The translations under genes and the position numbers were made by a program. Shown here piece after piece: positions 36,521 to 49,515 of a stretch of 64,000 nucleotides of DNA. Numbering within the stretch: the stretch's first letter is position 1; every line of letters starts with the position of its first letter. The notes under the pieces were generated by a model. It was given only the letters and a program-made list of their open reading frames with translations. It was not told the origin of the DNA and ran no database searches. This DNA comes from Chiloscyllium plagiosum (lineage: Eukaryota), in NCBI RefSeq assembly GCF_004010195.1, contig NC_057720.1, forward strand, positions 16,624,095-16,688,094. Reading direction: 5' to 3'.

Positions 36521-37930
36521 TACAATGTGCTGTCTGAAAAGAACTTTTAGGATGGAATATTCCCCCAGCTCCTGAACAACTAAAGGTCATGGTGATAAAA
36601 TTGGGAAAAAAATCACATGAGATATCCAGTAAGGACATGTCAATATCAAGAGCAAAAACTCCCATTTTCAAATCAAGCGTTGAATAGTGAGATGACCTTT
36701 TTGTATAGCTTATCACTCATTAACAGCCTCATTTGTATGGAATCTCAACTCTTTTGTCTGAAGTTTCTCATTCCCTTATCCATCAGATAGAAACCAAATA
36801 CTAAGAATTCCTGACGTGACTGTCTGAGCAGTTATATTGCAACACCAGCTTGCTGCTTACTCCTACGGATCTCCATCTAAGAGACACCCAACAGCAGAAT
36901 CTCAGGGCACAGCTCCATGGGCAGTATCCACACACCTGACATCCACAGACCTTGGCATGTAACATATCCTGCCCTTACTGCGGAATCATGGCACATGTCC
37001 GATCCACTTACAGTACGGTTCTGCACTTAAATGCTACACTTTGGAGTCCACTGACACCTTTTATTTCAATATTGCTGCAGGGATGTTTTGCACACAGGAA
37101 CAGGCACCCAACTTATGGACTGGGCCAGATTGCATGTCAGGACTCCTCACTTGATCTCTTAACACTTATTCACTTTGAGTCTATTTTAATGCTTACATCA
37201 CTCCTGCCTTGCCTTTCTCTGTCTTTTGGCACTTTTCTCTCTCAGCCACACCTTAAAAACTCACAGGATTTATGCTTTGCTTTGCTGTTTAGCATGGACA
37301 CAAAGCCAGGCAATTTGACAATGATTGTCATGAGTCATTAAGTGGACATATTACTCTAAGGTACCGTGTTATATCAATCTCATACCTATTGCAAGTGCTG
37401 ACAGGTTACATGGTAAAAACACTGCAACTGCACCGACGAAAGGGTCATGTCTCAAATTCCTCAAGACAAGTCAAGGGGTGCTGACATCTGTCAGTGTATT
37501 CTAATTCAAACAGTCAAGGGCATCATCTGCTCACAATCCAAGGGCTTGGGCATGATCAGTTGTCCACTTAGAATGGTCAGGTTCAGGGAGTCTGTCTCAC
37601 AGCAATTTGGAGAGTGGACCATGGTCAGGCTGCAGGTTCAGTGCTAGTAAAAGATTCATGGTTCATCAGTCAGGGATCTACACAGAGAACAATTTAGGAT
37701 CTAGTCAGTCATGGCTGTCCATCCAAGTCGGTCAGTGGAATGGGTCACAGTGAGTCCTGTGGGTCAGCAGAATAAAGGTCAGGGGGAAACCAGGGAACAT
37801 TGCTCTCAAAGGAAGGTTGGGGAACTCAGTGCTAGGGATTGGAGGTGGAAACCTGGATTGCAAAAGGACAAGAACAGTGAAGGGGGAAAACATGTAAGGT
37901 GAGGGTTGTTAGTGCATGGAAGGAACTAGG

Positions 37931-38059
37931 TTCTGGAATAGAGTGGTGCTGGAAAAGCACAGCAGTTCAGGCAGCATCCGAGGAGCAGGAAAATCTGACG
38001 TTTCGGGTAAAAGCCCTTCATCAGATCTGGTTTCCAGCATCTGCAGTCATTGTTTTTAC
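37931..38059. mobile_element. 129-bp Penelope-end insertion with inverted tail
   Basis: Perfect TSD CATGGAAGGAACTAGG (37915-37930 and 38060-38075); the last 35 or so nt are inverted relative to the body (compare 34761-34885). Confidence 0.92.
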
Positions 38060-39339
38060 CATGGAAGGAACTAGGATGCTGCAGAACTGGGAGCTTATTG
38101 GTGGTCACAAACACAATGGTTTCAGAGGAGGACTGTGTTTCACAAAGGTGGGCAGGATTAAACTATAGTGATGGGTTCAGGGGTAAGGATTGGATTTACA
38201 GTCATACATTCAGGTGGTATATCACAACAAGTAGGAAAACAGGAGTAAGGGCTGACCAGAGAGGTCCAGGTAGAAGTAGTCATGGAGATTCAGGGGACCC
38301 CTCAATTACCAGGCTGAGTCTATGACTTGTGTTGCCATGCATGACCAGCATTGCCTTTGATGTTCTGAGGATTCCTAACTATAAACTAACATGCCCAAAG
38401 TAGGCAGAGTCAGTTTTTTTCTGTCCTCATATGTGGACTCCAAGAGTGCCCTTCAAGTGGCAATTTAATCAATCATGCACTTGCAGAGTACAGGTCAAAG
38501 TGATTTGTAATCATTATCATTGTGCATGTGAAATGTGTCAAGTCATCTCGACCATGTCATTGGTCATTGCAGATTGAGGATTGTCATCTCTGCGAAGCAA
38601 CAGTGATAACAGGAAACCTTAAAATTGGCATCTACAGGCCACAAAGCACAAAGCTAATGCAATATCTCATAGGTTATGCAGAAGCATAGAACTGATTTCC
38701 CATAACATTGAACTGTAAGTTCTCCACATGCTTTTATATGCAATGATATCTTTCTTGAGTGATGTGGGGTTGGGAGAACAAGATCTCAGTACTAATTCAA
38801 CATTTACAATCTCCCCTGTCTCTTTGCAACATGACTGGTGCTGTATCAGTGAAATAAGGTGCAATGTCAAAGTTCTATATTGAGGCATTCCATGGCCCTT
38901 TGTCTGAGTGCTTCATGTTCCACAATATTGGAGGAGTGTTGTGATTCGTCATTTGTGAGTGATGTGAATGCTGACTGCTCACATTATAAGGGACTTGTTC
39001 TGTTTCATATGTTCCCTACGCAAGTTCATTGCAAGTGTGACTGATGGATCCAGCCACAGTAGGGGTAATTATCATTGTTGTGATGCAACAAAGAAATGGA
39101 GGAGGACCAAAAGAGAAAATGCTGGAAAATCTCATCAGGTCTGGCAGCATCTGTAAGGAGAGTAAAGAGCTGACGCTTTGAGTCTAACTGACCCTTTGTC
39201 AAAGAGGAGGAACAAGTTTGCCATTAAGCCCAGGGCCAGCTGCAACCTCCAGCTGATGTTGAACAGCCTCCACATGAATAGATCGGAGCTGTAGTGCTCC
39301 TTAGGATGTGCAGGAGGTACAGCAGAGCCTAGTCTTTCA

Positions 39340-39960
39340 GACTCAATGCCATTTCCTCCAGATGAGTGAGGCACAGTGTCCTAGGACATTGTTCTAGAAT
39401 TATGCCAACCACTGGAGAAGGACTTGAGACATTAAGGAGTGGGTAGCTGTTCTATCCCAGAGGTCATCAAGGTGACAGATGGATTGAAATTTTACGCAAC
39501 TGGCTCATTCCAAGGAGCCACTCGGGACCTGTGTGGTATCTCTCAATCTTCAATCCTCAAATATATCAAGGCTGCTACCAATACAATTTGTGGCAGATCA
39601 CATGGCTTCATGGCATTTCCTCATGACTACTTCGATCCTGCAGCCCAGACTCCACCAGCATTGCTGACTTCCCCAGACCAAAAATACACGAGACTCTATA
39701 CACATCGCATTGAAAGACCCAGACCATAATACAGCTGAGTGCATCAATGAAAAAGGGCTCCAGTCCATCAATGTGCAAGCAATCTGTGATCATCAGTAGC
39801 ACATCCTAAAAGTCTGCTTCAGGTTCCCTGCAAGTTGCCACGATGCCTAAATCCTTGAGAACTTTCATCTCCCTACTGCATTTAAGGGACTACATGCCTT
39901 ACCATGATGGATACTGGAGTACAAGGGCTTCCCTCTGTGACTATGGCTGATGACTATTAT
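39340..39960 (+). mobile_element. PIF/Harbinger (HARBI1-like) transposase relic
   Basis: KVTDGLKFYATGSFQGATRDLCGISQSS; THIALK..INEKGLQSINVQAICDH..RFPASCHDA; WILEYKGFPL*LWLMT. Stops and frameshifts present. Confidence 0.88.
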
Positions 39961-41859
39961 ACGATGTCATATCTGAGGCCATGACAGAGCAGATAATGGG
40001 GCAGACCAAGGAGGCCGGAGTTCAAGTCCCACCTGTTCCAGAGGTGTGTAATAACACTTCTGAACAGGTTTGATTAGAATATATCTGCAGTCCTCACACA
40101 GACAAATTCTCACACCACAATCCTGTCCACAGAACAAGTTTGTCCACAGCAATTAAAACTTCTTTATTTGCAAACTGGTATTTGTTCTTATATTTCATGT
40201 TATAGTCTTTTCAGAGGATTGACAGTGGGATTTTAACTCACTTAAAACTCAATTGTCTTCCACAGGGTTTACAGGGTTGACCCCTTCAGCAACTATTTAC
40301 AAATAGTTGTTCTATGATTCTATTATTTATGTCCAACAATGTAATTTTCTGGACAGCAGAAAGTGAAAACCCACTAGCAGTAATAAACACTGAAAACCAA
40401 ATATATTTTACATGGTAAGTATATAAAATATGGGAATCATGTTCAATAGTGAAAGAGCATTTGATATTTTCCTATTAATATGACTATTTATCTTTATTAT
40501 GTTGGTTTTGAAATGCTTGCCAATGTCACCTTTGTTCACGTTACCTTTGCAAGCACCGATAAAAGTGGATTAAAAGTGTTAATGCTAACTTCAAAAGTAG
40601 GAAGCACATATTACAAGGTCATCCAGCTTTGGGAATTTATTGTTTTTTTAGGCATGCATCCTTCTCTTTTCTGGTTCATCTGAGACTAGAAACATTCACC
40701 ACACAAGTCTGAAATTACCCACCAAACGTTTTCATTCATTCTTTCTGCCCTCTTCATCAAATTATTTAGATCATTATATGTAAATCACACTGTGCCAAAT
40801 AGTATTTCCAAAATAAACCAACAAGAAAAAAACTTACATTTACATGGATCAGCTTCTATTTTCAACTTTTACAAACTTGCATTGAAAAACGTTATTAGAT
40901 TTACAATAATTGTTTCTTCTTTCTCAAACAACCAGATGATAAATATTAAGGTAATTGACACAAGAATAAGGGTGGATTAAAAGAATTGTTACAATACAGC
41001 AAGTTATTTTAAACTGGAACACAAGTACCGTTTGAAAGAATGGGGGAAGCAGATTGAACAATAACTTTCAAAAGGGAACTGGACAAATATTACAAAAGGA
41101 AAACATGTTTGCAGGACAACAAGGAAAGAGTAGGGTATGGGGTTGATTACACATCTCCTTCAAAGTGCCATCTGAGCGGTCTCTCTTACTGTACCCTCAG
41201 CTTCAATTATTCTAACATTTTCAAATTTTCTTTCTTGTGTGTACCTCCTACTCTCCTAAAAATGCTCTTGCTCCCACATTTTTGGCAGTAATTGTCCTCT
41301 GACACCTCATTTAGCTATTAATTATTTATTTGTGAGCCTTGACAACATCAACAACTTGTATTTATACAGCACGCCCAACATTGTAAAATATTTCAAGGTA
41401 TTTCACTGAAGCTTTATCAAACAAAGTTTGACTTCAAACCACACAAGGAAATATTAGGGCTAATGATCAAAAGCTTGCTCAAAGAGGGAGGTTTTAGTGA
41501 GTGTCATGAAGAATGAAACCTTTGATGCCTCAAAAGAATCTATCCTTGGCCTCCACCTATTTTTCACCTGCACCCTGGTCCTCAGCAACATCATCTGAAA
41601 AACACAGGCAGAGAGGATTTTATCCTTCCATCCTGGGTGGATGTCAGTACATGTGACAAATTAAAAATTTAAAATCTCAGAAAGTCAGTTGGAACCTGGC
41701 AACTTTCATATTTAAGTTGAATATGTTCATAAGTGAATGGAAAACTATTTTGGGATGGCAGGTCTGCTTTTAAAATCTGCAAAGGCAATTGACTACACCA
41801 TATTCACAATACTGCAGCTGCTTTACAGAACATTGGAAACTGAGCAGAAGTTTGGAATA

Positions 41860-42392
41860 TAAGACAATAAATATCGAAGCAGAATTAGGCTATTCAGCAC
41901 TAAGCCAGCTCCACCATTCGATCATGGCTGATGTTTCTCAACCTCATTCTCCTGCCTTCTCTGCATAATCCTTGATCCTCTTACCAATCACAAACCTAGT
42001 TATCTTTGTATTAAATCCATTCAATGACCTGGCTTCCATAATCTTCTGCAGCAATTAGATCCACCAATTAACCACCCTCTGGTTGAAGAAATTCCTCCTC
42101 ATCTCAGTTCTAAATGGTAATTCCTTCACTCTAAGGTTGTACCCTCGGGTCCTGGATTCTTCTACTAACAAAAACATCTCCTCCACATCCACTCTATCCA
42201 GCCTCAGAATTCTATGCAGTTCAAGCAGATCCTACCTCATTTGTCTAACTCTAATAAGCACAGACCCAGAGTTCTCAATCACTCCTCAAACACCAAGTCC
42301 TTCAACCCCAGGATCATTCTTGTAAACCTCCTGTGGCTGCCCTTCAACGCCAGAACATCCTTGTTTAGAAAGGGGGTCCAAAGCTGCTCACC
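41860..42392 (-). mobile_element. CR1 LINE 3' fragment
   Basis: GAAGAAATTCCTCCTCATCTC and the tail pattern of CR1 ends. Confidence 0.8.
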
Positions 42393-43524
42393 GGTTCTTG
42401 AAAATGACTCTCCAGTGTTATTTTAAGCATAAATAAGATCTAAATGCACATACCACAACTTTATACTTTAGGGAAGAAAATAGCAGCTATTTCATTGATG
42501 GGATTGTTGACAGGCAAAAAGAGGAATCTGGAGAATTTCAGAGGAATTTCAGTTGGTCACTGTGGATGAGAGTTCATAGACGCATCAGGTAATAAACAAG
42601 TTCCCAAAAGAATCTGACTGACGTACAAAATTATGCCCCATGAAACCCATTCATTTCTAGAGGGAGACAAGGAAGCCCTCAGGAGTAAATTGATGGAAGT
42701 TCATCTTAAAAAATGTTAGAATTAGCCAAATAAATGTGCATATTCAGAAAGAATGACCTGGATTTCTATCAAGCCTTTCATGATCTCAAGAAATTCCAAA
42801 GTGCTTTACAGCCATTTAATTCTTTTGTTTAAGTATAGTCACTGTTGTCGGTAACCTAGAAGCCAATATGCATATAACAAGCTCCCTCAACTGCAATGTG
42901 ACAATGACCAATTTGTTCTTGTAGTGATGTTGATTGAGGGGTAAATATTGGCCAGGATGCTGGTAAATATTAAAATAGCATCATAGGATCGTTTATGTCC
43001 TGATAGTGAACAAGGGTGTCAGTTGAACATCTCATTTGAAAATGGAAACCTCTAGGAAGACAACCTCTAATCCAGATTCCTCCTTTTGTCAGTCTACAAT
43101 CCCATCATGAAATATCTGCCGCTTCTTTTCCCCCTGTACTGTAATGCTATGGCATGTGCATTTAGATCTTCTTTGCACTTAAAGTAACACTAGGAAGTCA
43201 TTTTCCTTGTACATGCTGGCAGCAGGGATCCTCATCTGCTGCTGAGACAGACTATATCGGAAAATCACAGACATGCTATTTGCAATTTACTATCCATTAA
43301 TCTCACTGGAAGGAAAGTGAATAGCATGTTTCTGTAAGTGCTGGAGGCAGATGATATCCCCTGTTACCAACCTGTGCTCAGGAAATGTAGGCTGTAGTCT
43401 TATTAATGCATTTAATTTTTACATTACATTTGAAGAAAAAAATGCCCAGGTTAATAAATTGATCCAGTTATTAAATTGAAAATGGCTTTGTGCATATTCA
43501 ATAATTAATCAGCAAATAGTTTAA

Positions 43525-43850
43525 GAGGAGCAGTATGATGGCGCACTGGTCAGCACTGCTACCTCGCAGTGGTCAGCACTGTTGCCTCACAGTGCCAGGG
43601 ACCTGGGTTCAATTCCAACTTTGGATGACTGTGTGGAGTTTACACATTGTCCCCACGTCTGTATGGGTTTCCTCCCACAGTCCAAAGATATGCAGGTTAA
43701 GTGGACCGGCCATGCTAAATTACCCCATAATGTCCAGAGATATGCAAGCTAGGTAGGTTAACCATGGTGAGTGTGGGTGAGATGCTGTTTAGAGGATTAG
43801 TGTAGAATCAATGGGCTGAATGGCCTCTTTCTGTACAGTAAAAATTGTAT
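43525..43850 (+). mobile_element. HE1-like V-SINE
   Basis: GCCTCACAGTGCCAGGGACCTGGGTTCAATTCC head and CATGCTAAATT core. Confidence 0.8.
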
Positions 43851-44959
43851 GTAAAGATATGAATAAAATAATATTAACTTTTCAGCTTCTGCCAACATAC
43901 TTTTGGGGAGGTAAAAACACTTTTTTTTCAGATGATCATCATAAAAAGATGGATTAGGTGATAAACAAGTGCCTAAACTACAAGAAGAAAACAAAAGGAC
44001 TGCAGATGCCGGAAATCAGTAACAAAATCAGAAATTGCTAGAAACAACTCAGCAGGTCTGGCAGCATCTGTGGAGAGAAAGCAGAACTAATGCTTTGAGT
44101 ACAGTGACCCTTCTGCAGAACTAATGCTTTGAGTCCAGTGACCCTTCGGCAGAACAAACAAGAATTTGATCGAATTGCAAAAAATGAAACCCAACTTCAT
44201 CCATAATTTGGGTCAAAATCCTGGAACTCCCTCCCTAACAGCATTGTGGGTGTTCTTAAACCAACTCACTATCTGATTCTCAAGAGCAATTATGGGGATA
44301 GGCAATAAATCCTGGTTCAGCCGGCAATGCCCTCAGCCCATTAAAGAATTTTTCAAAATTCCTAATAACTGTGAAGAATTATAAATTTTCAGGCATGCTG
44401 TCACTGAGTCTTTTGATTTGATATAGCAATAGAAGTCAATACTTAACAGTACGAAAGCCAGTGCAGTCATGTTCAGGCAGGCTTTGAATTGTCAGCAAAA
44501 TGTCTCTGGTTGCAAATGAACAACAGCTCACTTTTGTAAATAATGGATTATATTAGCCAAAAGAAAAAAAGAATTTTGGGTAATTTTAATGTAAACCAAG
44601 CATTAATATTCATTTTAAGAATTAAATCATGAATATTTGTCTTTAACATTGTGCACTGTTAAGTTTAATCATTTATTAAAATATTGTTAAAAACAGTGTT
44701 GTGCCAACAGGTACATTTAGCAGATAACAGATGAGTGGGAAATTATGCAAGAAAGGATATAAACAGGAGAATTTCAGATAGGTTATTGTTTGTTCAGTAG
44801 AATTAAGGAGATCAGTCAGGAAAGAAGGGGAAATTGCTATCTGGGGTAAGTAAAGCATGGATTAGTGTTGCATATACTGAGATACAGGAGCTGGAAAAGT
44901 TATATAAGTGACAGCAAGTAGTCAAGGTCGTCCAAACCTTTGACTATAGATTAACAATC

Positions 44960-45592
44960 TGTCTAACTCAGTCTTGACTATATTCAATGGTCCAGCCTCA
45001 AATGTCTGAGGTAAAAAAATATCAAGATAGAAGAAATCCATCATCTCCATCTTAAATGGGAAACCCCTTATTTTGAAACTGTGCCTCCTAATCTAGTCTC
45101 CGCCACAAGGACAAACAACCTCTTAATATCTTCCCTGTGAAGTCCTCTCAGAATCTTAATTGCTCAATCAGCTATCTCCTTTTTTCTAAATTCCAATTAA
45201 TATGGATGCAACTTCTTCACCTTTCCTCGTAAGATAATTACTTCATTCCAGGAATCAGCCAAGTGACCATTCTTTGGACTCTGTCCAATCCAAATATATC
45301 TGTGTTTAAGCAAGGAGATCAAAACTGTGCACAGTACTCTCTATGTTCATACCAATACCCGATGCTCATTGCAGTAAGACTTCCCTAATTTTGTACTGCA
45401 TTCCTCTTACAATAAAAGCCATTATTCCATTTTTCTTTCAGATCAATTGGTAAACCTTAATTTGTGACTCATGTATAACAACTCTTAGATCATTCGGTAC
45501 TCTAGCATTCTACAATCTCCATCTATTTAAATAATGTTCTTTATTTCATTCTTCCTACCAAAATTGGATACTCTCACAATCTCTCACATTTG
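44960..45592 (-). mobile_element. Old CR1 LINE fragment
   Basis: GGAGATCAAAACTGTGCACAGTACTC (antisense of EYCAQF) and flanking CR1 motifs. Confidence 0.7.
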
Positions 45593-48500
45593 GTAAATAG
45601 TGAGTTCAGCCTACATTGGAAGACAATTACACATGTTGGAGTCTTAACATTAGTTGAAAAGATGTGTAGGATGTTCTGTTCCACCTCAGCCACCAGATGA
45701 AAGAGGTGAAACCTTCCACTGTTGGGTCTGCTTAAGCAGCTACATTCTCACTATTGGGAAGAGCCAAAGGGGGCTATGTGTAAACAGACAGAGTGGTATC
45801 AATTAGTGTGAAAGGAAAAGACAATGGTCCAAATCTTCCATTCTTTAGTCTGTTGGCTAATAGGATGAAAAAGCATGTGTTTCATATCAGATAAATCTGA
45901 TTTTGTCCAGCAATCATGCTCAGCTCAGCTCATTTTGCACAGATAAAACAGCTGCTGGAGCTGATTGTGCAGAAAATCATGAACACTACTGATACTCAAT
46001 TCATGGAGTCAAAAGTCCTTGCTCCATATTTAAAGGGCAAATCAAAAGCCATTCATTCCTGCAATGACAAGACTATCACTCGAGCTTTCAGAGTGGATGA
46101 ATGCAGAGATAAACATTCTTGCACTTACACCCTTCCCAATCAATTTGTCTCTACACTAGACAGACCTTCATTCTTGACCAACCTCTGCAGCCTGCATCCA
46201 TTACACTCCAGCTTCCCTCCTTTGGTCATTCCTATGACGCATGCAATTTATATTACAACCATCTGATTTCAAACATTGATGAATGTTTCTCAAAGGGGAC
46301 AAACAATGGCTCCTCCAAAGTCAAGCAAGAAATCTACCTCGTCAGATGTATGCCTTGTATATGCAGTCAAGTATCTGAACACTCACATTGCTTGCTCGTG
46401 AAAAACCTAATTGGGAAGGGGAACTGAATGCTGGCATTTTAATAAGAATGCAAAACGGTTACTCAATATTTGCCATCTTACAAGCTTAACTGCCTTTAAT
46501 GTTTTGGCCAACTTAATTGTGAAAGTTCAATCCACTATGGGATTCTGAATTTTGGCTTTTCTCCCAGTTAAGTTCCACTGTCTACTCCTGGGAGCAGCTC
46601 AAATCCTGCCCATACTGTAGAGAAGAACAAATGGGTAGTAGAGATTGGAAAATTCAGGAGTTGGACATCACCCTGCATTACAAACAAGCTATCCAGCCAA
46701 CTGATGTAACTGATCCTCCTGGTAAAATATCACTAGCTTGTATGTGTCCTTTTAAAAAGGTTGTTTTGTCCTATGTGTTTTCTTCAAGCCAGATCAGAAA
46801 GGCAGAGGAGCAGGAAGCAGTCAGCAGAATAGAGGAGCTTGGATTCAGAGTGGCAATCTATGTATGTAAACAAGTGAAAACAGAATAGCTTTAGATAATG
46901 TAATGTAGAACAGGGAAATTAAAACTGCACTGCTTAGGGCCATACTTAAACATGTATTGGACATGGTGATCTAAAACCCTTAAAATGGGTTTGACACTTT
47001 CCAGCATAAACGTGCGCAATGTAAAAGCTGTCATGCAATGTCTCTACATTGGCTTATCTGGCCCAAAGCAGACCTCCTGTTTCTGCATGAGTTTGGGATA
47101 CAACACCTCAGTGACTCCAGGAAATGATCAAGCTTGTGGGCCTATGATTTGGTCAGGGGTAACAACTGCTGTTCCTCCAGCTTGGATATTCTGCTGTGAG
47201 GATGCAACTTCACCATCTCTGAAATTAAAAGCGTTCCTTGTAGCAGACATTATGTACAGAAATGCTTCCCTGAGATTAATTAACATGTACACCCTAATGG
47301 TAAAGAGCGAGTGCCTGGCCATCCTGCAACAGCTCCCACTGCTGCTAAAGACATCCAGGCCGGTTGTCCAGGCCAGAGACTGCAACTGCATCATCAATGT
47401 GGCTAGATGATCTAGAGGGGTTGACAGCAAACTGGACACCACACCCAGATTCTTGATGGAAACAGTTAGACACCAAACTCTTCAGCACCCCTGCAGACGG
47501 AGCGCAGCATAGATATACCTGGTCACGGCCAGACAGGTCTATCCATTCCAGGATAGATTTCTGTTTGTGTCCCTAATGTTCTCAATCAGATCCACTGACA
47601 TCAAGTCAGTATTCTCTGACCACTGTCTCCTGCTGACCAACTGTCACATGCAGGATGACCAGTGAGCCGGAAATGCAACGTGGAGGCTAAATGTGAAACT
47701 TTTGACCCCAGGAAACATTAAGGAGCTCAAAAGGAATTACAAAGATTGGAGAACTGTATAACTTCTCTTTCAGCCTCCAGTGAACTGCTGAAAAAACAAT
47801 CGAGGAGAACATCAAGAGGTTCATCATCCTCATGGATGTCCAGAAGGTGAGAGAGAGAGAGACAGGAAAAACTGTCAAAACTCCAGGAAAGCATGCAGAA
47901 CCTGTCACTATCAAGGAAGATACCCAATTGTATGACTCGACATCCAGACAGCATGGCCACCTAGTCTTTTCTATCCTCTATTACAGAGGTCTTGCAGGAG
48001 AATCTGGACCAGCCGTTATCCTTCAATGAGCTAACTAGGGGCCTTGAATTCTTTGAGAAGAGTAAAACTCCCAGGAAGCTATGGCTTACCAGCTGTGCTG
48101 TATTCAGTTCTTTGGGATTTGATTGTCAGGACCTGCTGGAAGTGTGCAACAGTATGCTTCTGCCCAGTAGCATGTCCGAGTCCATGAGGAAGGGCTTCAT
48201 CTACAAGTAGAAGGAGGAGAAGTAGGAAATCAGAAATCAGCAATCAGTCTCACTGCTGAATGTAGATTAAAAATCCTGTCCAAAGTCATCACCAACCAAG
48301 TCAGTTCTGCTCTGGGATCAGTGATTCATCCCAACCAAGCCTGTGCTGAAATGGGCAGGAAGATCTTTAACAGCCTTGTTCTCCTCAGAGAAATGATCAC
48401 CTATACACAGGACAGTGGGGATAGATGCCTGCCTGATTAGCCTTGACAGGAGAAGGCCTTTGACGCATTATTATACACCGACATGGGCTTTGGAGAAGAC

Positions 48501-49515
48501 ATCCATAACTGGATCCAATTGCTCTACACCAACATCAGTACTGCAGTCTCAATCAATGGGTGTGAATCAGAAAGTTTTCAGTTAGATCTGGAGTCAGGCA
48601 GAACTGCCCTCTCTCTGCAGGCTTGTTTGCTTGTTGTATAGAATCGTTTGCTGAATCCATCAGGAAGGATGCAAGCCTAACAGTGGTAACTAATCCAGGC
48701 AGGGGTGGCCTGCAGGTCAAAGCCTTCTGCACATGGATGATGTTGCCATTTTTTGTGCAAATCTGCTGTCATTGCACAGACTCATAAGCACCTGCAATCA
48801 GTACAACCTTGCCTTGGGAGCCAAGGTAAATTGAGACAAAAGTGAGGCCATGTTTTTTGGAAATTAGGTCGACTGATCCTTTATCCCCTTCATCGTCAGG
48901 ACAGATTGCCTGGGGCTGGAGCATGCACAAAAATTTGGGAGCAGCATATCGCCAAGGTGAGGCAGAAACTGGGCAGATGGGACCACTATTCCTTCTCCAT
49001 TGCAGTTAAAAACTTGATCATCAGCTATGATGTACTGTCAGTATTTCTACACATGGTGTAGGCCCATTCCCTGAGCCTGTGCCACGACAGTCACCCGAGC
49101 CACCTTCCACTTCATCTGGAAGTCTAAGATGGAGCATGTCTGCAGGGACACCATGTAAAAAGCCCTGGATAAATGGGGGAAGTATATATCCAATGCCACC
49201 TTCAGCCTCTTGGCCACATTTTTGAATGGCTGCATCAACTTATGTGTCGACACTCGGTAGCAAACACCAACTGTCACTGTGTACTGAGGTTGACCTGTCA
49301 CTGGTTTTGTGAAGGATAGGTCTGGCTTCAGTGCTGCAGATGATCCAAGTAGTTGTATGGTTCCATACAACATGTCTTTCATGGTAAAAATTGCAAAGAA
49401 AAATACCTTTGCCAACAAGTCCATCAGGAACCGGTCAGCACATAGTTTCCTTGCAGGAAAAGGAAAGGATGGATCCTATTGGGTGGTTCTCTGAGCAGAC
49501 TGTCAAAGTCATTTG

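Noticed and set aside
44083..44155. Tandem duplication of a hammerhead-like motif that might allow intramolecular dimers
   Set aside because: Both copies have mutated CTGAxGA and GAAA cores, so this is likely simple slippage in a dead Penelope end.
45916..46266. 116-aa ORF in unassigned sequence
   Set aside because: No recognisable domain or supporting gene structure; the length is compatible with chance.
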